A DNA stretch of 63,958 nt, counting the filler, from Piptocephalis cylindrospora (Eukaryota), in NCBI GenBank assembly GCA_003614145.1. It is 7 parts of 7 records of this genome, joined end to end, with 100 filler letters (N's around TTAATTAATTAA, not from the genome) between each part and the next. Parts side by side here need not be neighbours in the genome. Positions count along the whole stretch, not along the records: positions 47,333 to 56,667 come from KZ988090.1; positions 56,768 to 63,958 come from KZ988220.1; 5 more parts are not named here. One strand, 5' to 3'. The notes below the pieces were generated by a model that was given only the letters and a program-made list of their open reading frames with translations, was not told where the DNA came from and did not search any database. Position 1 is the first letter of the stretch, and each line of letters begins with the position of its first letter. The position numbers and the translations under genes are program-made. Positions 49,926 to 61,530 of the stretch are shown here, one piece after another.

Positions 49926-52381
49926 GATGTTTGAGGGAGAATGGGAGGATTGGAAGGATGGGGGATGAGTCGGATTCTAGTAGCGCAGCTACAAGGATGG
50001 GATGAGGCGGGATGAGGATGGTGAGAAGGGGGGTGAATGATGGAGCGGGGTGAGATGGTGGGGAGGGGTGAGGAGGGGGGGGTGGATGATGGAGAAGGTT
50101 GGTTTGATGGGAGAAGAGAGGGATAATGGGATGAAAGGTGGCGAAAGCGAAGAGTTTATATAGACATCCGGGATGGAGCCCAACCCAGGAAAGAGGCATG
50201 TAGAGCCAGCTTCTTTGCTCATACAAAACAAACAGATACAGTGGAGGAAGTGGAAGAGGAAGAGCGGAGTAGAGGGGATTGAGCGGAGTACGTCGAGCTG
50301 AAACCTTCCGGAAAGAGGCGATCTCAAGAGTGAAGGGGGAAATTCCCGTCTCAGATGGTTCATCTTAGCTTCCTTATTTTCCTTGAGGCACCATTTTTGA
50401 CGGTGTGCTTGCCTCACGGCCTCTCTCAACAGGTCATATTGACTCGGCTCCCTAATTTCTATACTTACCATAGAGGGCTATACTGGACTTCTCAATGCTA
50501 AGAATAGCATTAGACTTACCTGCATAGGGCAACAGAAGGAAGTAGGTAATAATGGGGCTAGAAAGTAAGCTCAAAAGGAGATATGCTCGTGAAGGATAGA
50601 GGCCATCAGCAGAGAGAGGGGGACAGCGTATACCTTTGGATATTAGGAGTGGTCGGCTTTGAGAAGTCTGTACAACGGCACATACAGTGACCCCAGAGAT
50701 GAAACGGAAAGGTGGGATGCATGCCTTGCTCCGTCCATCAGTACTGATTTCAACCACCAATTCATGCTATGACATTTCCTTCCAGAGGGAAGCACCCATC
50801 GGGTGAGGCTGCACAGAGCCAAGAGAGGAACAGATGGACGGTTAGCCGACCAGCGGTAGCTCGCATGGACGGATTATGGAAAAAGGAAATAAGGGTGTTT
50901 TCACAGCGTCAAAGTTTCGTCTATAGGTGGTATTCGTATCCGACAAGTAGAAGAGCAAGGCAGTGTGTAGCGGCTGAAGATCATGTACATATCTAACTTT
51001 GGATGTTACGTCCAATTCACCTGACCTCTCCTCCCTCAGAGCGGTTGTTTGGTCACTGTATGTCGCCTGATATAGCCACCTCTTTTTGGTGCTTAGAAAT
51101 ACCTTTAAAAGAAGCACAATGTAGGACGGGGGGCCAAACAAGACCCATACGTTAGGAGGATAAGTTACCAAGCCCGCTCACTTCTCTTTCTTTAGTCTGG
51201 CACAATGTCATCCAGCAGAAACAAAAGTCCATCATATGGTGGCTTGACGCACATCTCAGCCTTCAGCCCCATTACCACAGATTCACTCGGCTTACCAGCT
51301 CCGACTAGACCCTGGAATCTTTTGTGGCAGCCACTGCAATGACATGAAACAGACGGAGGTACAAATGGAACACCCCAGCTGCTCAACACTCTGGAAAGGG
51401 TGAAAGGGACGAAAGGGGCCAACTACACTACGGTTCAATGAAAGGGCGCGTTGGACTCAAGCCAAGGCCATTGTATCAAGGAAGCTTTTCCTAGAATCTT
51501 GAATAATGAAGTAGATAAGAAAAGAACAGGCACATACACATACACATATACGGCCAATATCAAAGCCTCGAAGAAAAAGGCCCAGGTACCGGTATGATTG
51601 CCCCGGGTCAGCACGATATATTATTCCTTTGGATTGATAAAAATATTCTTTGTACTTTAAGCGTGACTATTTCCTCATAGAAATTGATAGAAGCCGTTAT
51701 AGATGATGAGGAGATAAAACTATACAAAAAGGAAGAAGCGGTGATGGGCTAGAATCCTTTTTTAGAGTAATTACATGTTTCAAGAAAACAAATGCTCTTA
51801 AAGTGGGAATAAAGATCCATTCCGTATTAATATTGCTTCCTTCTTTCTTATCTCCTTTTCTTTCTTCTTCTCGCGCTCTTCCCTTGAAATTATCTTCCGT
51901 CTCGCTCTATCATTCATTAATCATAATGACAATGCATCATCTTTAAGACCGCTATTTCTATAACAAAGTACCTTTATTGCACTGATAGGCCCCTCAACTC
52001 CTATATCATGCCTATGCATAACATCGATGCAGGAAGGAATGCATAGCACACGCATTAGAATCATACCTCCTAATTATTCCATATCTAGTGAGCTTGAGCT
52101 CACACTTAATGAGAAGTACCAATTAACCTCGGTGTACCAAAGAGAAGTCAGGAGGAGTCAAAGAAATTGAACTGCAGAAATGAGAGGTCAAGCTTCCCTT
52201 ACTGCTTGCTTTAAAAGCCAATAACCTACTAATGAACCATCGCTCTACTCTCAAGTTACAATCGAGATGAGCCAATCCATAACAAACATGGTATAAAGAG
52301 GTTTTATTAAATTAAAACGGCACCTAGACCAAGGTACGGCGACGAAAATTGAATAGGTTGATGATTGCTCCTATCCAAAGT

Positions 52382-53472
52382 TTAGACGGCAGCATCCACC
52401 CCCACGAGTTTAGCACTCTCATCCCACAATCTCTCGCATGCATCCGCATCATAGCCCTCAAGCCGGTAGACATGAGCCTTGCGACAATCTACGTAATACT
52501 TTCCTGGATCCAGCTCGGAGAGGGGAGAAAGAGCGCAATGCAGAGTGGTCTGAGCACCTTCCTCGGGAGTTTTGAAAACAATAGGAGTTGTGATACGGAA
52601 GGGAAATGAAAGAGCCCGCTTCCACCAGGTATCAATACAGTAACGAGCTAAGTCAGTACGGACGAGTCCTGGATGAACCGAGTAAGCTGTGACGCCTTTG
52701 GCAGCCATTCGAGTATTGAGTTCGTGGGAGAACATGATGTTGGCAAGCTTCGAACGGCCATACGACGCTAATGGGGCGTACGGGGTGGTGCGGTACTGCA
52801 GATCGGAAAAGTCCATGTTTCCGGATCGATGGGCAATAGAGGCTAGTGAGATGACACGAGCAGGGGCAGAGGCTTTAAGGATCGGGAGAAGAAGGTGGGT
52901 CAGAAGATAATGGCCTAGATGATTGATGCCAAACTGTCGCTCAAACCCCTGGACGGTTTCCTCCCGCTGAGGAGGCATCATGATTCCAGCATTATTGATG
53001 AGAAGATGCAATGGGTATCCTGTGGCCTTGTATTGATCAGCAAAGGCATGGATGGACTTAAGATCGCTGAGATCGATATAGATGGCCGAGACAGAGTGAG
53101 AACCAGATCGATGCATGATGATTTTGACAGCCTCTCTGGTCCTGTCCGAGTCCCTGGAGGCGACAACGACGTGGGCTCCTAGACGGGCGAGGGTAACGGC
53201 GGTTTCCAGTCCAATTCCCGTGTTAGCACCTATGAGGGCACAGGAAGGAAAGGAGAGTGGGTGAGGGAACGAGTATGGAAAAGGAAAAGAAAGATAAGGT
53301 AAAATATGACCCACATACCAGTGACAATAGCATATCGACCGGTTAAATCAGGCGTGGCAGTGCAGCGACCTCCAGCGGCAAACCTACGGACCCCATACAT
53401 GATCAGGCTACTGACCAAGGGCAGAGCCGCCCACTTGGAGGATATTTGGTCGGTGAATTTAATGAGGGACAT
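52382..53472 (-). CDS. Short-chain dehydrogenase/reductase, retinol dehydrogenase 12/13-like; intron 53318-53230
   Basis: Motifs TGANTGIG, LLINNAG, FGINHLGHY, catalytic YGRSK, VHPGLVRT and EEGAQT. Confidence 0.93.
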
Positions 53473-54296
53473 GCTTGTTGAGGATATGGAGGATAAATTG
53501 AGTGAGTAGAGCTGATGCTAGAAGAAATAGAGAAGTAGGGGGTACTGGAAGAGGGGAGGGAGGGAAGGAGGATTGGGAGGGGTTGAGATACACATCCTAT
53601 TTATCCTTCAGGATGAGCAAGGGATCAGCGGATCGACTGACTAGAGCGAGACAGCAGGGGAATCCTGCACCATTCAAGGAGGTCTACTGTTAAGCATGGG
53701 CATGGAATTGGTAGGAATGGCAGCAGCTTGAACACCCTATGTTGGGAAGAATAGCCCTAGAAAGGATGCCTGGAGAAGGAGCGGGCCCTGGGTTGAATTG
53801 TCGGGGAATAGGAGAGCGAAAGGAGTGATGGCCGTCGTGAAAGAGATGGACATTGGCTCAGTCAGATGGAATAGAGCGGAGGAATCAAAGCCAAGACAGA
53901 GAAAAAAGCATGCTCAGAATCTCCGACGGCAATGCACGACATCAGGAGGCTGTTATCGTAAAAAGGCTTCACAGGCCTGAGAGGGGCAAGGGAGGTGGCA
54001 TGATGAATAGACAAGCAGCCCTGAACCAGTATAATTAACTAACATTGTCGCTAGGGCCTTGCCTGGGAAAGAAAGACTCCTGGCAGGGTCCGTGTATATC
54101 AGAGGCCCGCCCGTAGGAAAGGAAAGCTGAGGTCCTTGGCAGAATCTGTGAGCGTAGGAGCGGAGGGAGGAGGGGGTGGTTATTGAGGCATATGGAAGTC
54201 GGGATGATGCCTTGCACGGAAACATACATTATGTCGTCAGGTAAGGGGAGGAAAGTAAGATAATGATGATTAGGGTAGGTGACTAGGGAATAGAGC

Positions 54297-54340
54297 ATCT
54301 GTGTCTCTTGGATGCAGGTATCTGTGTCTCTTGGATGTAG
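54297..54340. repeat. Two-copy 23-bp tandem repeat
   Basis: ATCTGTGTCTCTTGGATG(C/T)AG occurs twice. Confidence 0.85.
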
Positions 54341-54824
54341 TGATGTTTCAGATGGGACGGCCTAGAAATAATCGACATACGATCCTTAGCTGAAAAAGAG
54401 AATGATAGGCAGCGAAAGGTCCATGCTGAGTAGGCATACCAAAGAAAAATAAGGTATCGTCCCTTTCCTAGATAAAGTACTGTAAGAAAAGTAGAAGGTG
54501 GACTTGCTGAAACAAGGGATAATGTGTAGAAAATTTGTGAAGATGAGGTACGAGGTCACGTTAAACCTTGTATTATTATTGCACTGAACATGATGTACAT
54601 GCAAATGTGGAGCGATGTATACATTGGAGATGAAAAGCGTATGTCAGGGGTTCCATTGGGTGAATTCCATTTAAATTCAAAAAAGGGTACTTGTGTTTTT
54701 TGTAAAGATTCCCGTATATTTCTTGATTGCATACAACCATAGAGTAACCATCCCTAGAAGAGGGGAGAGGTAGTGATAGATAAATAATAATTAGAGTGAT
54801 GTGGATCTCTGACAGAGAATGGTC

Positions 54825-56206
54825 CTAGAAACGTTTATCAGTCCTTGTAGGGACGGGTCGTAAGGGAAGGGTCATTTCTAGCCCATAATACCCTATTGTG
54901 TGTGGGAAAAATAAAGGTGGGATTTAGGTGGAGGAAGGTGGCCTGTAGCTGCTCACAAGTTCTCTTACCAGAGATATAGGGAAAGGGCTGACCAGTGACT
55001 GGAAAGGGCCGAACCTGGGCCTGAACCCTCTCGAGATGCACTTCCCGCTCTTCCATCACATGGGCTTCGCCCTCATGAACTGGACGGGAGATGCTTAGGG
55101 TGTAGGAGGGACAAGCGCAGCTTCTTTCGTAAACCGAGGGAACCAAAGGGTTCCTCACGGCCCGACCCGATCCATCAACCGGACCAAAGAGAATGGGATG
55201 AGTTCCAAGGACCTGAAGGGCAAGGTCGCGCACGGCCCAAGACTCATTGGGGCGTGGTGGATTATCAGAGCGAGAGAGGAGAGTGACCTCATCTAAGCTT
55301 CGAGGATCCGACCCTTCCGAGAGGATTTGCAGCATCCTGGCGTACTCTTGACCCGCAGCCTCCTCTCGGGCATCCGCATTGAGTTGGCCTGTAAGGACAA
55401 TAGGCTCTTGTTCATCCACATCGCCGAGACACACGTCCATGAAACGCCGTAGCCTTCTCCATTGTCGGACCCGCTCAGCCTTGGCAGGGTCCCCCATGGG
55501 GCAGGGTAAACGAGGAGACCCTTGATTGTGTGTATTGAAAATATGAAGACGTTGACGGGAGGACAAAGCCAGCCTGACATACATAGCTCCTTTTCCTACC
55601 CACCTATCCCGAGAGGATGCAGAGGGGGATGTGTTAGAAAGGGGCCATTACTCCTCAACATGTAAAAAAGATCACTTACTTGTCCCGATGTTGGCCCCGA
55701 TTGTAAATGTAGACACTGGAGGTGAGGATGGGATAACGACTGAGAATGATTAGACCTCCATCTACCCTCCCCTGCAAGGGACTTTGGCGAGGCATAAACA
55801 TGGCATAAGGGAGGCCTTGTTCTCGTGCAGCGTCAATGAGCTTGCGTTGTCTCTTGGACCCTTGGGAGAAAACGCCTTGAAGACACACAATGTCCTGTCG
55901 ACCCATCTCGCCTTGCCGAATCCACTCCTCCAATCTCTTCCCCTTCCACCGACCTTCCCCACCCCGAGTTGCACACCAGGGTCCGAGGGAGATGTTGTAC
56001 GTGAGGAGTGAGATGGATTCCGGGGCGACTTCGGGCAGAGGAGTGGACAAGATATTGACCTGGGTTGATCTGGCGCCTTCTGGCCGAATTTTTTCTGTCT
56101 GTGAGAGCGGCTGCGTGTGGGGTGGGGTATCTGATTCCTCCAAGGGAGCAGTTAGCTCCTCGAGGAGAACGTGCTTCCCTTGCAAAGAGGAGGACTCTGA
56201 AGCCAT
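54825..56206 (-). CDS. EEP (DNase I-like) fold, neutral sphingomyelinase-like protein, probably catalytically dead; exons 56206-55680, 55603-54969, 54892-54825
   Basis: Motifs LLTYNI, DIVCLQGVF, DGGLIILSRYPI, KGAMY, IFNTH, PIVLTGQLN and ISGYYGL. Confidence 0.8.
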
Positions 56207-56516
56207 GGACGGATGGGGTAAGACTGAGATTTAAAGGAGAAAAGATGGAGGGGGAAGGGGAGGGACTTGGGCCTCAAGCTCGCCCGGTCAACCTACAAAA
56301 GGGACCCGGTCCCTCTGGGTGATGATGCGTGGGAGATGGGGCTGACCCGTAGCGGAGTTGACGCCTTCCCGTCTGACTCAGGACTGTGCACTCTATGCAA
56401 GGGGCAAGGACACTCACCTCATAATGCTCTATCCATCCATGCTAAAGTGCAAATGGTGACATTTGCCGTCGATCAGGCTTTTTCAAAAGAAAGTGACAAT
56501 TAATAGGAAAAATGAA

Positions 56517-56589
56517 AGCCCAACGCGGGGGTCGAACCCGCAGCCTTGAGATTAAGAGTCTCACGCTCTACCGATTGAGCTAGCCGGGC
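56517..56589 (-). tRNA. tRNA-Lys(CTT)
   Basis: Reverse complement GCCCGGCTAGCTCAATCGGTAGAGCGTGAGACTCTTAATCTCAAGGCTGCGGGTTCGACCCCCGCGTTGGGCT folds as a cloverleaf with anticodon CTT and A/B boxes. A T-run follows downstream. Confidence 0.96.
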
Positions 56590-56828
56590 TACAATCGTGT
56601 CGGGTCACAGCTTACTGTAGACAGCAGGGGAATCCCCATAGTGAGACCCACAAGTGAGGACTGAGAANNNNNNNNNNNNNNNNNNNNNNNNNNNNNNNNN
56701 NNNNNNNNNNNTTAATTAATTAANNNNNNNNNNNNNNNNNNNNNNNNNNNNNNNNNNNNNNNNNNNNATATCTCTCCTGGATGGGTATCATTGGACTCAC
56801 TCACAACTCCCCTCTTTACATGATATAG

Positions 56829-56945
56829 CCCCTGGTCAAGAGACATCAGATGATCTACAAGACATTGGCAGAGGATATGTCCTCTGGGGCCATTCATGCC
56901 CTTCAGCTCGAGACGTTGACTCCCAAGGAGGCTGGGCAGACGTAG
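56829..56945 (+). CDS. BolA-family protein, last exon
   Basis: After a TAG acceptor: PLVKRHQMIYKTLAEDMSSGAIHALQLETLTPKE, containing the BolA RH and IHAL motifs. Confidence 0.85.
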   Translation, partial: PLVKRHQMIYKTLAEDMSSGAIHALQLETLTPKEAGQT

Positions 56946-57074
56946 GAATAAAGATCCATGTTGTTTCACAGAAAGACAGAGAGAGAGAAAGAGAAAGAAG
57001 AAAAAGAAATAGCCGTGTATACCCGTCTTATCCAACCTAGATTCACGCATCACCATGTGAGATGTCGTCCCACA

Positions 57075-59624
57075 CTATCCCCGATAGGTCATGGCATCCT
57101 GGGGATGGACACTGGGAGGGGGGGTCTCGGTGCCGAGACCAACAGCCTTGACGCCCTCGGATGATCCGGAATCCCTGGCCTCTCCAAGGGGAGGGGGGGC
57201 CAAGGCGACGGAAACAGGGACAAGGTTGTTGGTGGAGGTGACGGCGGCAATCATCATGGCCTCGGCAGCAGTGGTGCTAGTGGAGGTGGATGAAGAGGAG
57301 GAGGGGGTAGAGGAGGAAAGGGTGGCTTTGATGATGGTAGAGGAGGTGGAAGAGGTAGGGGAGCCACTAGGAGCGGGACTCATAAGGATGGGGGTAGCCA
57401 TGGGCTGGGAGCCTGTAGAGGCTCCTCCTCCTCCCATCATCATCATGGAGGGATCGACGGTCTTGGTCGCACTGGAGCCATGGTGAACAAGTTGGGAAAT
57501 GCCCATTCCGCCGGCGGTGGTGGCTCCGGCAAGAAGGGTAGTTTTATTTGCCGAGCCACCAGCACGCTTCCGCTCTTTCCGAGGAGCGTCGACGCAAGAA
57601 TCGGCCAAGCCCCGATCGACACAACGGGTGCAAGGCCGGACCTCGTCACAGCCCTTGCAAGCTTTTCGGCAATGAATACAGGCAGATCGCACCTGCTTAC
57701 GCTTGTTGTTGGTTGGGCGAACCCCGCCATCCAAGCCCATGAGGCTAGTATTAGCGGAGGTGGCTTGGGCGGAAGCAGAGCTCCGTTGGGAAGGGTCGTT
57801 ACGGGACCGATCGGCCTTGGAGGCCTTGGAGCGCTTGGAGGACTTGGACCCAGTAGACTTCTTCTCCGCCCCCTCAACCCCGCCAGAAAGAGCCCCAGGA
57901 TTGCCAGGACCAGCGCCAGCCCCACTCATCAACATGACCGAGTGACTATCCATACTCCCGCCCCCAGTGGAAGGGTCCCCAGGGACTCCGGCAAAGGGGA
58001 ACATGGCGGCATTCCCGGCGCCAGTCATGTACATACCGGCACCGGCCATGGCATAAGGATGCTGACCAGCTCCATTCATAGCGTAGGGGTGAGGTGCATG
58101 AGGATGGGGTAGAAAGGTGGGGGATCCGTTGGGAAGGGAAGAGGTAGGAGAAGAGATCTGCCCAGCATGAGGATGTCCCATAGGATAAAGGGTTGCGGAG
58201 GGGAGAGGGGGTTGGACAAACCCCTGACCAGGGACCATGTGACCTTGTGGGGGAGGGTGCCCAGCGTGACCAGGGAAGGTACCCACGGATGGATCCAGGA
58301 GGTGGGAAGCGGCCATCAGGGGATCATAGCCTTGACCTCCAGCCTGTCCCATCTGGTAGACAGAAGAAGGGGTGGCAGAGGCGGGAATGGGAGTGGAGCC
58401 AGATGCCGAGGTAGAAGAACCACCTTGGGAGGCAGGGGCGGAAGTTGAAGCCAGGACAGGGCTAGAAGTGGGGGGAGCATGCTGCTGAAGGAAGGGACCC
58501 ATGCCCATGGCGACCGAGGAGGCTGGGTGCATGGGAGGGGCAAAGAAGGGAGGATGCGGGTAGGGGCCGTATGGACCATACGGACTCGTCCCCATGCCGA
58601 CGGCAGCGGCCGCAGCCGCAGCCGCAGCCGCCGTACTGCTGTTGCCATTTAGATCAGCGGACCCAGAAGCATTGGAGGTGGGGGTGGAGTTGGTGGGGTT
58701 CAAACCATACTCTTCAGGCAAGCCGCCAGCTCCCATTCCCGGGTACCCGGCATGAGGAGGATGTCCTGGGGAAAGAACATATCCGGGCGGAGGATATCCA
58801 TGAGCATGACCATGGGGAGGGGGAGGGGGATAGCCATGAGGGGGCGGGTGGCCATGCTGAAGGTGAGCAGGGTGGGTAGGATAGGCGGGATGGGGAGGGT
58901 AGCCTGGATGAAAGGCAGCTACGGTCGGGGAGGAACCAGCCATGACGGGAGCTGAGGGATTGGGGGAAGAGGCAGAGGCCGAGCCAGTAGCAGATGAGGA
59001 GGCGGGGCCTTGACTCAATGGTGGGGGATAGGATGGATGAGGAGCGGATGGAGGAGGAGCAGAGGCGGATCCCGGGGATGCCATGACTCCACCCACAAGT
59101 TGAGAGTAATTATGAGCATCATAGTACGGACCTGAACCAAATGGAGACAGCCCCTGGACAGCTACCATGGCCGCTGTAGTGGGGGAGGCCAGCCCGTGCT
59201 GAGCTAAGGAGGATCCCAAGAATAACCGTGAAGAAGGATAAGGTGAGTGATGAAGCGCGTCAAATGGATGGTATGATGGTGGATGAGATGAAGACGTACA
59301 AGTGGCGCTGGAGATGGTCATAGCCATTGGGGAAATGGTCACATTGGATGGACCAGAGGACGGGGCAGAGCCAGGAGGAGGAGGAGCGGATGTAGCCCCG
59401 GCTCCCTCTCCCTTCATCGGACTCCCAGGGTACTCAGTGGCCAGGGGAGCTGGAGTATGTGAAGAGGAGGCGGTGGTTGTGGCAGTAGAAGAGGAAGACG
59501 AGGAGGAAGGGGTCGACTCGGACATGGACTCCTTCTTGAGGGACACAGACGTAGAAGCATTGGGGGATGGGGCTAAAGGGTGATTAGGCTTCCCCACCGA
59601 GGAGGAAGACGCAGGCTGGGACAT
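57075..59624 (-). CDS. Zn(II)2Cys6 transcription factor, 849 aa, single ORF
   Basis: KRKQVRSACIHCRKACKGCDEVRPCTRCVDRGLADSCVDAPRKERKR lies near the C-terminus. The rest is low-complexity P/G/H/A/S sequence. Confidence 0.9.
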   Translation of the reverse strand: MSQPASSSSVGKPNHPLAPSPNASTSVSLKKESMSESTPSSSSSSSTATTTASSSHTPAPLATEYPGSPMKGEGAGATSAPPPPGSAPSSGPSNVTISPMAMTISSATCTSSSHPPSYHPFDALHHSPYPSSRLFLGSSLAQHGLASPTTAAMVAVQGLSPFGSGPYYDAHNYSQLVGGVMASPGSASAPPPSAPHPSYPPPLSQGPASSSATGSASASSPNPSAPVMAGSSPTVAAFHPGYPPHPAYPTHPAHLQHGHPPPHGYPPPPPHGHAHGYPPPGYVLSPGHPPHAGYPGMGAGGLPEEYGLNPTNSTPTSNASGSADLNGNSSTAAAAAAAAAAVGMGTSPYGPYGPYPHPPFFAPPMHPASSVAMGMGPFLQQHAPPTSSPVLASTSAPASQGGSSTSASGSTPIPASATPSSVYQMGQAGGQGYDPLMAASHLLDPSVGTFPGHAGHPPPQGHMVPGQGFVQPPLPSATLYPMGHPHAGQISSPTSSLPNGSPTFLPHPHAPHPYAMNGAGQHPYAMAGAGMYMTGAGNAAMFPFAGVPGDPSTGGGSMDSHSVMLMSGAGAGPGNPGALSGGVEGAEKKSTGSKSSKRSKASKADRSRNDPSQRSSASAQATSANTSLMGLDGGVRPTNNKRKQVRSACIHCRKACKGCDEVRPCTRCVDRGLADSCVDAPRKERKRAGGSANKTTLLAGATTAGGMGISQLVHHGSSATKTVDPSMMMMGGGGASTGSQPMATPILMSPAPSGSPTSSTSSTIIKATLSSSTPSSSSSTSTSTTAAEAMMIAAVTSTNNLVPVSVALAPPPLGEARDSGSSEGVKAVGLGTETPPPSVHPQDAMTYRG

Positions 59625-59898
59625 CCTAGGGGATGGTCAAGGCTTTAAGGGAAGGCTGGCCAAGAAAGCTACCAAAACAAAAGGGCACCGGTCACGAAAG
59701 ATGGCAGGAGGAAGGGAAAGGAGGGGAGGGGGAGTGGAGGGGGTGGCAAGAGGGAGAAGGGAGGCGGAGTGGACACGGACTGCGGCGGAGAAGAGGAAGG
59801 GGTGGTGGAGCTACCTGGGACAAGGCAGGAGGAAGCAAGAGGGAGGACCAAGGGAGGGGAGGAGGAAGGCGGAGAAAGGGGCGGAGGTACGGGAAAGC

Positions 59899-59955
59899 GG
59901 GAAAAGTGGGAGCGGAGGAAGGAAAAGTGGGAGCGGAGGAGGGGAAAGTGGGATG
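59899..59955. repeat. 21-bp tandem repeat, about 2.5 copies
   Basis: GGAAAAGTGGGAGCGGAGGA(A/G) units upstream of the Zn2Cys6 gene. Confidence 0.75.
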
Positions 59956-60989
59956 AGCGGGGATGAGCGGAAAAAGTGGCGGAGTAAAAAAGGGGAGCGG
60001 AGTAGGAATTTAGGATCGAGTTGAAGTGAGGAGAGGGCGTTGAGGGAGATGAAATCCTTTGATACTGGTGGTAACTGTTGGAGGATAAGTCGGCCCGATG
60101 AAAAAAGGGGGTGGGCGAGAGGAGGGGCATGAGAGGAGGAAGAGCAATTTACACATTCTCACTCACGCCGAGATGATGATAGGGCACATCGATGGGGAAG
60201 ATAGAATGGGATAGAATGGACAGAGGGAAGAGAGAAGTTTAGGGAAGCCTTGAATAGAGAGGATCAAAGGACCAATGAGCATGATTTTTCGATGGGTGGT
60301 TTAGGATGTGAGGGGATGGGCCTTGAATTCCCCCTCTTTCATCAGACTGACCACCCTTCCCCCTCCATCCAGGACCTTCATTCAAGTCATGGGACGCTGG
60401 GGCTCTGTGCACTCCTACACAGCCCTGGGAATGGGAGTGGAAGAGGTTGACGGGAACCTCACTGCCGAGCCTGGGAGAATGGAGGGAGGGGCCCGTGTGT
60501 GTGTGTATGTGTGTGTAACCCACCCATTGTTTCCACAGGGTATAATGATCTACAAAAGTGTATCCAGATTAGATACAAAAAAATACAATGCCAAAAACAC
60601 ATATTAAAAGTGCTCTCGGATTTTCTAGAGTTTGTCAGGTATGAAGCAGAACTAGATATGGGTTTCAGCGTGATCATGGCAGCGGTGCTTGCTATTTACG
60701 ATGTATCATGAAAGTGAGCCGACCTTTATAATCGTCATGGGCCCTTTTCTTCGGTATCATTCTTCATAAAATAAAGTATGTTAGAAGTGTCAGGAGTATA
60801 CGATCAAGAGGAGCTAATGCGATTATAATTTGAACAAGCGCCCGTTGTAGGAATTAAACAATTAAGATATAGGCTACGTCAGCGCAGTTTCGATGCAGGA
60901 TCAGCTTAAATTCGCTATTCTTAATACCATTATTGTAGAAGCATATAGAATAATAAGAAAGTGTGAGCTAGGAGTGGTAGGAAAATGTA

Positions 60990-61530
60990 ACTTAGACGGT
61001 CGCCCAAGGCTTCTAACCTCGAGAGAAGGGCGGATGGCCGTCCAGAATGTAACTACAACACGTGGGGGGATCAGTCAGGGGGGTCACAAGGCAGATTTCC
61101 ACCAATAGTGGGGAAAGCATCAGTGCTGATACAGTGCGTCGTGCCCTTAAAAGGAGAGGATTGAGAAGCAGGAGGCCTGGAAAGGTTCCAATGTCAAAGC
61201 GTAGAAGCCGCCTGGCCTGCTTGCACTTTGCGAGGCATCAGAGTTGGACACAGGAGGACTGGAGGGGCGTCATCTGGACGGACGAGCCCAAGGTTAATCG
61301 TATGGGCTCAGGTGGTACCTGGTAGCGCTGGAGGAGACCTGGAGAGGACTTCCATGATGGAAATGTAGTATCTACACTTGAGTTTGAAGGAAGTAATGTG
61401 CCGATTTGGGGCTGTATATCTTTCTACGGTATTGGTAGGCTCTATAGTATTGACGGGAGCATGGATGAGGAAGGGTATTATGATGCATTGGAAGAGAGTT
61501 ATCTATCGCCACTGGGTGACTGGGGCCTTG
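60990..61530 (+). mobile_element. Degenerate Tc1/mariner transposase remnant
   Basis: Motifs GRPRLLTSRE, ISADTVRRAL, WTQEDWRGVIWTDE (first catalytic D) and GIGRLYSIDGSMD..YYDALEE. Interrupted by a stop at about 61323 and frameshifts. Confidence 0.85.

Noticed and set aside
50461..50525. ATACTTACC and ACTTACCTG as the 5' end of U1 snRNA
   Set aside because: No U1 loop II sequence (ATTGCAC) or Sm site follows. These are more likely reverse-strand splice-donor-like words or chance matches.
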